A DNA stretch of 64,000 bases, from the NCBI RefSeq assembly GCF_030144855.1, contig NC_082731.1, positions 11,718,001-11,782,000 of the forward strand, read 5' to 3'. Under the pieces are notes generated by a model. That model did no database searches. It was not told where the DNA came from and saw only the letters and a program-made list of their open reading frames with translations. The position numbers and the translations under genes are program-made. Source of the DNA: Hypanus sabinus (lineage: Eukaryota). Position 1 is the stretch's first letter, and the number at the start of each line of letters is the position of its first letter. Positions 14,111-25,989 of the stretch are shown here, in pieces.

Positions 14111-14870
14111 AGAAAACTATGCTGTGATGGTAAACCTGCTGAGCACTGCAGAGCTCTTACATTAATTTCCCGCTTAATCGTATCCCTTATTTGTCAGATT
14201 CCAGCAAGTATGGACCTTCTATCCCCGCTTGTCACCCTCCATCCTCTGTCTCCATTTTCATCCAATCCTTCCCATCTGGCTACATCTGTATGATTCGTTA
14301 CTTTACCTTTGTATGCCTCCACCTGTCAAATTAAAACACCTTCTCTCCATTTCCCACATTTATCTCAAGCTGTCCATGTCCATCAACCCGTCTAGGTAAA
14401 ATTTTCACCTCCAGCGTTTTGGGTCAACTTCCCGCTCTCTTCTTCAAAGAGGCTGCTTCCCTCCTCCACACTCAGTTCTGATATACTGGCTTGATATCCG
14501 AAACTCTCCCCTCACAATCTTGCATATCCCAGCGAATTCCTCCAGTGGTTTGTTTCTGTGCCAGATTCCCTCATCTGCAGTTTCTTGTGGCCCGTTCCTA
14601 TCTCTGTGTACCTCTCCTTGCGTTCTAATTCTCGAACGGACCTCATTCACTCTTACATCAGACAATCCTGGTTATATCTTGTCATCGTGGTCATCACGCT
14701 TTTATTCTATTAGGAACACTAATTACTCACTATGCTTTACAAGTCTCTTTACCTCCTCTCGAGTTCTGAAGAAGGGGTTTCTACCTCAATTGATCACCGT
14801 ATTTCGCTTCCCACAGATATAGCCTAACCTGCTGAGTATTTCCAGCGTTTCAAAGTTTTCTATTTTAATT
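14100..14870 (+). mobile_element. Decayed Penelope-like fragment
   Basis: Pyrimidine-rich 3' tract ending in the terminal motif (cctgctgagtatttccagc). Confidence 0.45.
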
Positions 14871-15229
14871 CATCGCAGTTTTGAAGGTTAAGAAAATATG
14901 ACACATTTCTTCCAGATTAAGATACTCCAATAAGATAAGAATAAAATTAAAATATTCCTTAGCCACTGGCACTGAGGTTCGCATGGAATACTTTCGCCCA
15001 GGAAGCTATTCCTGCTGCGGGTGAATGATTCAAAGATAATTGTTTAATTTGTATTAGTCGTGTAAACTACATAGGTTGCTCATTCATCCGAATCAAGAAT
15101 TATTTAAAGATGTATGAAAAACCGAGAGGAATCAATCACTTGTGATCTGTCTCTATACAACATCCTCACATCCAATTTTACGATCACTCTGTTCTTTGTT
15201 TGTGGAGTAGGTGTTGTTAGATTATATTC

Positions 15230-15660
15230 AACTTTATTATCATTGTGCCGAGTACAGATACAAAGCCAAATGAAGTGCAGTTAGCATCTAACCAGAAATG
15301 TAAACGGTAGTTTTATTTAGAAAATAACTGCGAATAAAAATTATGTGCTACAGCACACAAATATAAAAGTACTACGACAGTACAATATGGGTGCAATACT
15401 GCTTAGCGCTGTGATGTGAGTTTCAGCAGCGTCACAGCCTCAGGGATGGAGTTCTTCCTGTGCCTGCCGGTGCGGGAGCGGTGGCTCCTGTAGCGCCTAC
15501 CGGTTGGGAGGAGAGTAAAACTTCCATGGTTAAAGTGAGACGCATCGTTGATAATGCTTTTCGCCCTGCCCAGGCAGCGCTTGTGGTAGATGCTCTCAAT
15601 GGTGGGCAATTGGGTGACGATAATCCGCTGGGCAGTTTTCACCACACACTCGTGTGCTTT
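15230..15660 (-). mobile_element. Rex1/Babar-like LINE 3' fragment
   Basis: VVKTAQRIIVTQLPTIESIYHKRCLGRAKSIINDASH...LLPTGRRYRS C-terminal motif. Confidence 0.7.
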
Positions 15661-16005
15661 GCTCTGAAGATGAACAGAATTCTATAGTGATTTCATTATA
15701 AAATTGGATTACCACTTTCCATTCGTTGTTCAGTTGTCAATCCTGTCAACGTCACCTATGTTGATTAGCATAGCTCAACTTTATTTGTTAAATACGAATT
15801 TAGTAGTCCCACCATGCAACTTTCTAATTACAATATTCCTCCTGTATTTGGACACGCTGATAACCTGCTGGAAAATTACTTTGTTTTCCCATCAGCTTCC
15901 CAACTGAGAAGTGTCCCACCTCTTCCCCATCCATTGCTCCTCGGTTCTTCACCACGAAGAAGTTTAAGCATAAATGATCGTTTTATTTACCAGTTCTAGT
16001 CTCCG

Positions 16006-16169
16006 NNNNNNNNNNNNNNNNNNNNNNNNNNNNNNNNNNNNNNNNNNNNNNNNNNNNNNNNNNNNNNNNNNNNNNNNNNNNNNNNNNNNNNNNNNNNNNN
16101 NNNNNNNNNNNNNNNNNNNNNNNNNNNNNNNNNNNNNNNNNNNNNNNNNNNNNNNNNNNNNNNNNNNNN
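16006..16169. other. Assembly gap (N run)
   Basis: 164 N, flanked on the right by CG/CA dinucleotide repeats. Confidence 1.
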
Positions 16170-16584
16170 ATAGATGCACATGTGTGAGCATGTGTCCATA
16201 CACGCTCGCGCGCGCGTGCGCACACACACACACGTGTGAATCAAAGAATCTAATGCATACGTATTCAAATAATTAATTAAAAAGTATCATTCTCTCAGCT
16301 TCTTCCCTCTCGTTTGTCGCATTTTCCCTGCAAATCCCGCTGACGTCTTCCTGCATGGTATTTTAGTTATTTTATGCAGTGACATCACATTCATTCGCGT
16401 TATTAGGTATGGAATGTAAACACTAGGGAAACTTCTCCGAAACCCAACCATACATTAGGGAAAACCTGAATTGCTTATGTTAGAAGAATTAATTCACAAC
16501 TTGCACCGCGATAAAATGTGAAATATACGTCAAACATTCTAATGTGTTTGTTTCGGCTACTGGACCATTGAAAGTTGTTATTAC

Positions 16585-16742
16585 CTTAATAGTCGTTGTA
16601 CATGCGCTGTAAATCATACTCATCATAAAGAGAATCACAAAAACGAGAAGCGTTGAAGGAGAACAAACATCTTCATCTAAGTTTGCGAATTCTTTTTCAC
16701 CACCTGAATAGTCATCCAGGTCTACCGGAATTTCACCGACAT
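16585..16742 (-). CDS. IgNAR: IgNAR TM1 exon (acidic spacer + transmembrane helix)
   Basis: atttcag acceptor (phase 1, fits the C5 internal donor) and AAG/GTAATA donor. Encodes (D)VGEIPVDLDDYSGGEKEFANLDEDVCSPSTLLVFVILFMMSMIYSACTTTIK, with the Ig TM motif FxxLFxxSxxYS. Confidence 0.9.
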
Positions 16743-19199
16743 CTGAAATCGAAATATATGTTTTCTTAGGAAAGCAACATACACTGATGACCCACTTCCC
16801 TTGAAGCACTTGTTTATCAGACCGTTCTGAACTTCAGGTTTCAATTTAAAATTCGTTCAATGGCATTTAATAGGTACTGGACTCCAAACTTAATTCGCAG
16901 CGTGCATGACCCATTTGGTTAGATCATATCCTAACTAAAGAAAATAGTTCTGTGCGGTCCTTGTCAATTTTACCTGATGTGTTTTTTTTTATAATTACTG
17001 ACCACGTATCCACTCGATCCAGATTTCGGATAGTACAATCCCAGACGGTGAAATCCCTTTCTCTAGTTTAACTTCTGGTAAATGCCTAGTGCCTAGAATT
17101 GGAGTTGGAACTCATTAGGTGTTGAGGAAGTGGAATTCATCTCCCACATATAGGAAGTCGATTATATTCAATTGATGATGTAGAGCTCTATTCATCATAA
17201 TTACAGCTAAATTCATGAAAGTGACATCAAATGAACAAGAGCACTGTTCCAACAGGCTTTTACAATATTGATCTCCCCACTCCTAACATATTCCGAGCAG
17301 TTGCCTCTGTATCCCATCGCCATAGAGTAAAGGGAAGAGATAATTCAATAAATACTGTGATATTCCTTTCTTCTGGCGAGCTTTGCTTTATGTAGTTGCT
17401 GCTTGACTTCCACTTGAGCGTTTTATTCTTCTAAATGCAAACTTAAACGTCGATATTGGTGACTGCTTTAGTCTGTGACATTTCCGTAATCTGCATGCGT
17501 GAATTTCCTTCTTCTCTTTCGAATATCCACGATGCTAACACACTGTTGTTTTAAATATGCTTTTCGCTTACCCTCTAAACTCAGCACCTGACACTTAACA
17601 ATATTTGCTGGAACATAGCCCATTCATTCATTCATTCATTTTCCTTCGTAAGATCACATTGTTTACTATGCTGGCAATATTATAGCCATCAGTCAGTTGC
17701 ATTTCTCTATACGGTGAGCTGAGGGGTTAATAATTGAGGAAAGGAGTGCTAAAGTGAATGCAATGGACCTCACCAAGTAAGACCATATAATCCTCAAAAC
17801 TCAGTACCTGCAGCCGAGCCAAGATAATAAGATATTGACATATATCACCACTCAAGATACGAGATGAAAGATATCACATCTCAAGAAGCATATTAGGGTT
17901 CATCTGGAATTCATAAGGACCGATACAGTAACATTGGATTGATTTCAATGGCAGATGACCCACCGATACTTGCATAACTACAAGTTGCATCTCCTTGAAA
18001 ATCTATTAACTATGGACATGCGATTGTCCATTGCAGCTTCAGTCTGTGCCTTATTTATTTTTAGTACCTTTGCCGCTTTCGAAATAAATTTGTTGCACAT
18101 TATTTTTCATGTATTCGCCAGTATTTTTCAGAATTATTGCAAGGAGTTGAAGGTTCCTTGCAAGGAATTAAAGGACACCAGCACAGGGCAGAAGTAGGAC
18201 TATTAGGATAGGTCGTCAGAGATACAATTGCCGGTTGATGCTCTATTAGTCTCGCGCTGAAAAGGAAAGTGCAGGGACGGGTGGAGCAGTTAGATGGATG
18301 ACAGTACACACTAATTTGTAGTTATTTAGTATAACACAGGACCATTCACCGAAAAAGCATCACGGGTAATATTTAATAGCATATACCTTGCGGTTTTAAA
18401 ATGCATGATCTAAATGTCGAGATGTAAGTAGCATATGAATAGAAATAGATGAGAAAAGTTGCAAACAGTTTTTGAATTATTTGCAATGTTTGGGACTTTC
18501 ACATGACTGTCCAAAAAGGGGCTCACCTTCAGATATCTGGTCGGGCACAACAAGATTGAGAGGACAAGGACGAGGTTGTGGAGCTCTGAACTTCAAGACA
18601 AATATGTTCACAGAGAGACTTTGGTAGATCTTTAACTCGTGTGTGTCAATATGCATAGGGAAGATAAGCCAAATACCCTATCTGCTGGAACACGATGACA
18701 CACTCTCTGTTGTATAAAAGGGCTCTCGGGAGGGAATTGCCACAGTTGTGGGTTCTCAGAACTAATGCAAAGATAAGCTTGTAGTGGCAGTTCAGTTGAG
18801 ACAGACGTAAAAGCAGGTGTTGAATAAGTGTGCGTTAGAGCGAGCATGGATATCTGTTTCCGTTTCAACAATTACAAGGAATAGGGATGGTTGCAGGTGA
18901 ATGAGTTTTGTATTCGCTGATGTCGAAGGCTTCGGTCTTCTTGAGCACTGGATGAAGTATACTCAGCGTCAAAGGTCAAATTGAGCTTGGACGACATTGC
19001 TATTTACTTAACATCAGGTATGTTTCTGCTTGAAATCAGCAACCAAGCATCATGTACTGTATTCATAAATATTCCCCACGGAAACGGTAGAGATATAATC
19101 CGGAAGTAAGAAGAGATATTATGGAAGGAAACTTCTTAGCGAATTCTGGATAGACTTAAGTGAAATCTAAAAGAACAGCAGTTTAGTTGATCTTTTTGA

Positions 19200-19860
19200 A
19201 TGCGATTTTGGCATAAACATGATTTATAAATTTGCCGATAAAACTGCTCTCAGCAGAATCTCAGGCTGTGATGAAGAGACGTACAAGAGTGAGATTAATC
19301 AGCTGGTTATGTGGTGCCACAACAATAATCTTGTTCTCAACATCAGGAAGAGAAAGGAATTTATTGGCGACTTCAGAAAGGGGAGGCGAAGGAACACACG
19401 TCAGTCCTAATCGAGGGGTCAGCAATGGAAAGGGTGTGAAGTTTAAGCTAAAGGACGCCAATCTCTCTGAATATCCATTTAGATCCAAAAATATATAGGC
19501 AATTGGGAAAACGCCCGCCAGTGTTACATGTCATTTGAAATTTGAGAAGAATTGGTATGTCACCAAAGACAATTTCTGCGGAAATCTAACATTCTAACTG
19601 GTGGAATCATCATGTGGTATGTGGGCGCTACCGCAAGTGATCAATAATAGCAGCAGAGGGTTTCATCTAACTAATTCATGGACACGAGACCCCAACATTG
19701 AGAACATCTTCAAAAAGCCGATTCCTCAAAAAATTGGGAAATGTCATTAAGGGCTCCCACCACCTAGAACGTGCCCTGTTTTCACTGCTGTCACCAGGGA
19801 TATAGGGATGGTACGCACAGGAGATTTTAGGAAAATATTTTGTTTCCTTCACCAATAGAT
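19200..19860 (+). mobile_element. Rex1/Babar-like LINE 3' fragment
   Basis: IYKFADKTAL...WCHNNNLVLNIRKRKEFIGDFRK RT-end motif. Confidence 0.7.
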
Positions 19861-20325
19861 TCTAAACAATCCATGAGCTCATGAACATAGCACACTCGCT
19901 TTGCTCTCTTGAGTATCGCATTATTGTTGTAATTTTTAATAAGCTTGATGTATTGGATTGTGCTGATGCCACAAAATTCACGACATATGTACATGAAAAT
20001 AAAATCCTCATCCATATTCCGAGCTGTTGTATGTGGACCTTTTGCTTTCAAAGTTCAGATGAGAGGTATAGATGCGCGAAGGCGTCCATCCGTCAAATTA
20101 GATCACGAATCTCATCTCTACGAACTGGTCGGATCTGAATAACCTCAGTAGTTTCCCCTATATCGTTGCCTGCCCCGTCTCCCTGCCATATTTGCAATAT
20201 GTCAGAAGGAAATAGCAGTATACCAGATGCATTAATGAAGCTAATATATAAAACCGAGTCATGGATTACTCTTCGTTGCAAAGATAAGAGAACACACCTG
20301 GAAGGTAAAAGGTTTTCATTCTGAA

Positions 20326-20331
20326 TTTATT
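20326..20331 (-). terminator. Candidate poly(A) signal for secretory IgNAR
   Basis: AATAAA on the sense strand about 300 nt downstream of the secretory stop, followed by a GT-containing tract. Confidence 0.5.
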
Positions 20332-20627
20332 TCAAATTAATGTGGCATACAGAATATATTACTGTCTGCTATCTATTCCGTTACTTACTAACATTTCCGA
20401 AGTACTATATTTTTTGAATTACTGTAAAGCTAAAATCATTCTAATGTTATCGAGAGCTCATCACAATGTTACCGAACAGATGACATTAATGGAATATTTC
20501 ACTTGTGGGATAATCTGAAGAGTGAATACTATGCGTGGTCTTCTGTGAATCCGCAAAACGAAAATTCAAACAGCTACGCAGTAAGCAAGAAATACTTCCA
20601 AAGTATTAGTCATTGAATAAAGCAAAA

Positions 20628-21010
20628 TTAGACGCACGATTTAAAGTTGTCAGTTAGTACAAGTGACACGTTAACTAAAGTAGGTTTACCGTGGGATTTA
20701 TTAATACTTCTGACTAAATTTGTTGGTAGCGACGGATGTCCAACCAAACAGCTATAGGTGGTTCCCTTCTCCCAGTCTTCTGCGCTGATCCTCAGTTTGC
20801 TGGTGACTGAGTTAGAGCCGTTTTCCTTATCGCTGTTAAACTGGATGAAGTATCCCGAATCCAAAAGGGTGTCATTAGCCATCCAGCCGACGTATATATC
20901 TTCCGGATAAAAACCGGTCACGAGGCAAATTAGGGTAGCTGCTTCCTCAGCTTGAATCTCCTCAGCTGCTGGGTACAAGAGGTAGACTTTCGGACGGTGC
21001 ACTTCAGTAA
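20628..21010 (-). CDS. IgNAR: IgNAR C5 exon plus secretory tailpiece
   Basis: tttctattccag acceptor. Encodes (V)TEVHRPKVYLLYP...IYVGWMANDTLLDSG...YSCLVGHPSL...KSHGKPTLVNVSLVLTDNFKSCV-stop, with the tailpiece NVS sequon and penultimate Cys. An internal donor CACG/GTAAAC at 20690/20689 serves the membrane form. Confidence 0.97.
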
Positions 21011-21184
21011 CTGGAATAGAAAAATATATGCTCAATTAGTTTCGTCTGTGACGTGCAGATTACTCCGTAATCCTCCAGATTAGAGATTTTATTTACCATT
21101 CTATTGACTGGTTCATGAATGTCGCTGACCAGCAGTTTGTTTAATGCACTATGTGGCCTCAACACGGGGTTTAATTGCGCTTAC

Positions 21185-21505
21185 CCTTGTGATTTTTGGT
21201 GGCGATTGTCAGTGGTGTTGGCAGATCACGGTCTTCTACGAAGCAGAGGTATTCGGTTCCACTGTTCCACTCCTCTACACTGACTTTCAGTTTGGTGACG
21301 ATGACGGATTTACTTCCCCTCCTCTCTGGAACGCGAGTCTCTACTCCGTTCATTCTTTGACTTCCATTTACTCGCCAGGAGACTGTGACATTCTCTAAAT
21401 CTGTGTAAACCACTTCGCACACAATGGTTGCTCTCCGAAGCGTCCAAATCTCTTCAAAGGAAGGCTTTTTTATGATGACATTAATATCAGCCTCATGGCA
21501 GTCTT
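21185..21505 (-). CDS. IgNAR: IgNAR C4 exon
   Basis: ttttttgccag acceptor and GTAAG donor, 321 nt. Encodes (K)DCHEADINVIIKKPSFEEIWTLRRATIVCEVVYTDLE...EWNSGTEYLCFVEDRDLPTP, including the N-terminal Cys seen in IgNAR C4. Confidence 0.96.
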
Positions 21506-22699
21506 CTGGCAAAAAAGTGGGAATGGTTATTTTCATGTTATGATACATGACATGTGGGTTATATCAACTGTAACCAGGCCACAGAAGCTCATAATCCCAC
21601 TTTCTATGCATTTCTCTGTGTTATTTTCTGCTTCGCCTTATCAGATTGATTCCTCTATCTTCTTTAGGTGATATCCTAAATAGTCCTCCCATTTATTTAT
21701 ACCACAACGCAACGATTACATTGACATGAATTTAACCGTGGCTGCATTCGGGAATCCGAACGTTCACCCTCAGATCAACAGAATACTGAGGGAAAACGTG
21801 GCTCGTTGGCCTGGACGTGGCTGCATTGGAAGAGATTCACATAAAATGAGCAAAACGTTTGTCTTTCAGTTTCTATTGTGATTGTTGAAACAAATTGACC
21901 GAATAGGATAATTAAGTATAAAGCTATACTCAGTAAAAACTACAAAGTTTGAGAGCATTGTCTCCATTATGTACAGAGGGGAATGCTGTTCAAAATAAGG
22001 AAACAAAATATGAAATATCTATAAATCCTAATAAGAGCGCTGTTGTGTGTTCAGTACACCAACAATTTATGAACCCAGTACTGACTGCTATCTCCTCAAT
22101 ACTTTCCATAATATTTTTGCTGGAACGACTTCACTAGAAATAGGAAAAAGTGCCAGTAAAGTGAAACCGAAGTGGCCAAACTGTCTGTGTAGGTTACCAC
22201 ATGCCACAAGATATAATAGAACCACGTGTTCACAGCGAGCTCTTGCCACATAATTGATTTTGAAAATTACGAAAGTCTACTGCAATGTTGAGCCGACAGC
22301 TGCAATATTTACGATATCATGATATCTAATGTTAGGGAAATACTGTCGGAGCAGCTTAGGTGAATAAGAGCAGTCCATTTTGTGCATGTTAAACCGTACA
22401 CCAATCATGTAACAGAAGCGAATGAAATAAGAGTTTACGGTCGTAAAAGCAGCGATTGGTACTGGGGCTTCGGCTACTCTTAGTCTATTTCAATGATATA
22501 ACTATTGGATATGCTGTAATATGTCTGTTTGCTGGGACTACAAACTAGGCGGCATCGCGATCTGTGAGAAGGATTCCAAAAAAATTCAGAGGGGTGTGGA
22601 CAAAAAAATAAATTGCTAATACCTAGCTGATTGAATGTAAGGTGGAAAACGTGAGCATATCAACTTGGGAGAAATGAATAGTACGGTAGTGCAAATATG

Positions 22700-23480
22700 A
22701 GGAAATCTGCAGATGCTGGAAATTCAAACAACAACACACAAAATGCTGGTGGAACACAGCAGGCCAGGCAGCATCAATAGGGAGAAGTGCTGTCGACGTT
22801 TTGGGCCGAGACCCTTCGTCAGGCCTGACCAAAAGGAACGATAGTAAGAGATTTGAAAGTAGTGGGGGGAGGGGAAATGTGAAATGATAGGAGAAGACCG
22901 GAGGGGGTGGGATGAAGCTAAAAGCTGGAAAGGTGATTGGCGAAAGTGATGCAGAGCTGGAGAAGGGAAAGGATCCAAATTGAGAAGCCCGAAAACGGAT
23001 CCTGAAGCCAACTGGAGTCAGTTGGTGGCGGAGACACTTTCCAAGGAAGGATATGTGGCTGTAATAGCGGGTCTGGGTCAAAATATGATCGAAAAGTTTA
23101 AGGGCCGAAGGAATTATAGATGGGGAGCAGTGAGAGATTGTTTCACTGAAATCCCGTCGAAGAGAAGATTTAAACTTCTTCAGTGTGGACATCACTGGCA
23201 GAGGATTCTCAGTAGAATTTAAAGAGCAAACACAAGGAAATCTGCAGATGCTGGAAATTCAAACAACAACACACACAAAATGCTGTTGGATCACAGCAGG
23301 CCAGGCAGCATCAATAGGGAGAAGCACTGTCGACGTTTTGGGCCGAGACCCTTCTTCAGGCCTGACCAAAAGGAACGATAATAAGAAATTTGAAAGTCGT
23401 GAGGTGAGGGGGAAATGGGAAATGATAGGAGAAGACTGGGGGGGGATGAAGCTAAGTGCTGGAATGGTGATTGGCGAAAT
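22700..23480 (-). mobile_element. Internally deleted Penelope-like element with two ~245-bp direct terminal repeats
   Basis: Repeats at about 22700-22946 and 23235-23480 enclose only the ORF N-terminus (MSTLKKFKSSLRRDFSETISH...LGKCLRHQLTPVGFRIRF). Confidence 0.75.
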
Positions 23481-24582
23481 CTGAAAAGTGTTGGGGTTCA
23501 TCGTGGTCTGTGTGCTCTTTTATGTAAAGAATTTAATATCAAGAGCAGGTTGTTTCAATTTCTTTCTGGAACTAATAATCGTAGAAATTCCATTTTCCCT
23601 TGCCACATAGACCATCCCGCAATAATACGTTAACAGTTTCATCTGATGAGGAGTTGTGATTAGATTTGAGCAATATGTATTCATAAGCAACCATCTGTCC
23701 TTATCATGGAAAGGAGTTAACATTCATGAAGTTCCTGAAGGGTATTTAAGAACTGCCCTGACAATCTAATACAATGATGTCCTTGTGCCTGTATAATGAT
23801 TTTCATGGTTTCCTTGGTGCAATTTATGACTCCAACCGACAACACGACGACAAGGCAGCGCAGAAGTAGAGCGACGTTATTACAGGCCGGAGCGTTCTGG
23901 ATTTCGGAGTTCAATGCCCGTGTCATTCTGCAAGAAGTCTTTAAGTCCTCCCCGTGGAATGTATTGGTCGTCCCGGATGCTTCATTTTCCTCACACAGGC
24001 AAAAGACCGACAGGGTAGTCATTGTCCCATGATTAGGATAGGGTTAACCAGCGTTGAGCGGCTACTGGGGCGGCGTGCCACGAACGGCCGGAATGGTCTA
24101 TTCCGCGCTGTAGCACTAACTAAATGTATTGCACTTCGCAGTATAATGGGATCTAATTGTCCAAACAATTGATGCAAATATGTTGACTTTGCATTTTCCT
24201 GTAAACTACATACCGGCTTTTCCATAAAAGCGGCGATAGTCTGAACTCCCTACAGCGTGGAATGAACAGTCACCGTAGACATTCGTGGATAGCAAAGTGT
24301 GTTGTTGTGAGATTAGGGCCGAGCATCATCAACAGCTTGCGAGATAAAAATAAACTTGCCATAAATGAGGAATCACTTTCCACACCGAGAGAGGCATATC
24401 TGTTTTCCTGTTCCACGGAGGAATGGTTTGCATGCGAATATTTCAATGTAACGTAAGTTCAAAAAATAAGGGATGTGAGAAAAGTTTCAACTCAGATATT
24501 GTTTCACATGTCCTGGTCGGATGTTCGCTAGTTGTGTGGACGATTTCAATACTTACTTAACACCAGTTAGTTGGGCTCACAT

Positions 24583-24583
<1 letters not shown>

Positions 24584-24659
<76 letters not shown>
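24584..24659. repeat. (TATC)n microsatellite
   Basis: About 19 tandem TATC units. Confidence 0.98.
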
Positions 24660-24719
24660 GATCTATTTAATATGTAGTTATTTATTAACCTACTTTCTTA
24701 TTTAAAGATATATGTAGCA

Positions 24720-24920
24720 TACGCCCTTCTGACCATTCGGACCGCACCACCAACAACCTCCGATATAACCCTGTCCTAATCGTTGGACAATTCAGAATGA
24801 CCAATTAACCAAATACCCGGTACGTCTTTATACTGTGGAAGGAAACCGGAGTACCAGGAGGAAACCCACGTATTCTATAGGATGATCTACAACTTCTTAC
24901 AGCGGACGATTCTCACCCAA
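24720..24920 (-). mobile_element. V-SINE/HE1-like SINE
   Basis: Reverse complement of the V-domain core (ggaaggaaaccggagtaccaggaggaaacccacg). Confidence 0.6.
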
Positions 24921-25421
24921 TTATTCACACCGACCATGTTGGAGACTTACCACTAAAGCACCACTCTATTACCTGCGAGTTATTAAAATGCTAATTCATA
25001 TCTATTGATCGTATTGCACTTGACTTTAATCAAACCTGTTTACAAGCGTGGTCCATTGGTGTGTGATCTTAGAGCATAATTACAAATGCCAAGAATGGCT
25101 CCGTTCATATTGTCATTCATCGATTCATATTTGCACACGTTCTTCCAGCTTTACCCTATTGAGGTCCTATTGGTGAGGTACTTTAACATTATAATTCAGT
25201 TCGTCTCCCCATGTTCAACAGAGATTCGATTATATAACACTAATTTTAATTGACGCTCACATATGTTACCTTATCGGACCGACGGAGAGGTCTGATTACT
25301 AATAAAGTACCACAGTAATGATCGTTTCCATCTGCTCATTGCCGACCTTTGAGTAGTTTTATCTCTTGACTGGGAAGTAAAGCATGGAATGGATGCGTGC
25401 CTTTTGACAAATTGTACTTAC

Positions 25422-25739
25422 TTTTCGAGGTGCTGATGTTTGCTTTCACAATAGATTGTGAAGGTGGGTGCGTGACGACACAGGTGTATGTTGCGTCCTT
25501 CTTCCAGTCGTCTGCAGTCAAGTAAAGGAGGCTTCTCGTGCTGAAGGTCATGTCCTGTTGAAGTGCAGTTGGGAGGCTGGTAGCGTTAGAGTAGAATGCG
25601 GCTCTGTCCTTCTGCCACAAAACGGTTATGTCATCGGGGTAGAATCCCGTTATCATGCATGTGAGCGTAGCGATACCCGCAGATTGAACCTCCTCTGGAG
25701 ACGGGGACAAAAGGCGTACCCCTGGTTTCAGTGGTTTGG
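25422..25739 (-). CDS. IgNAR: IgNAR C3 exon
   Basis: cttctcttgcag acceptor and GTAAGT donor, 318 nt. Encodes (A)KPLKPGVRLLSPSPEEVQSAGIATLTCMITGFYP...TALQQDMTFSTRSLL...YTCVVTHPPSQS. Confidence 0.96.
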
Positions 25740-25989
25740 CTGCAAGAGAAGGCCAATCAGTCTTAATCTCCAAAACAAGTTAGACAAGTTTCCAAACTAT
25801 GCGCTGGACAAGTTGTTTAAGAATCCATGGTGAACAGTCTACTTGTTAGTCAGCTGTTAAGGATAATGGTGGTGATAACTTTCTGCACAGAAGTGTATCA
25901 CGAGCGGCGTACCACGGTTCTAAGAGCTACGTTGTTTGTGATATAACGATATGAATGTGCATATAGAAAATATAATTTCTGAGTTAATG

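Noticed and set aside
15964-16276. ORFs spanning the N runs (also 37222-37506)
   Set aside because: Artefacts of assembly gaps.
16440-16584. Read-through of the TM1 ORF, or a nearby TM2 (acceptor-like caattcag/GTTTTC)
   Set aside because: A strong AAG/GTAATA donor ends TM1 at the canonical position, and nearby candidates do not give VK-stop.
22700-23480. Repeat-spacer-repeat layout resembling CRISPR or a true LTR element
   Set aside because: Eukaryotic context, only two ~245-bp repeats, and the sequence matches Penelope termini.
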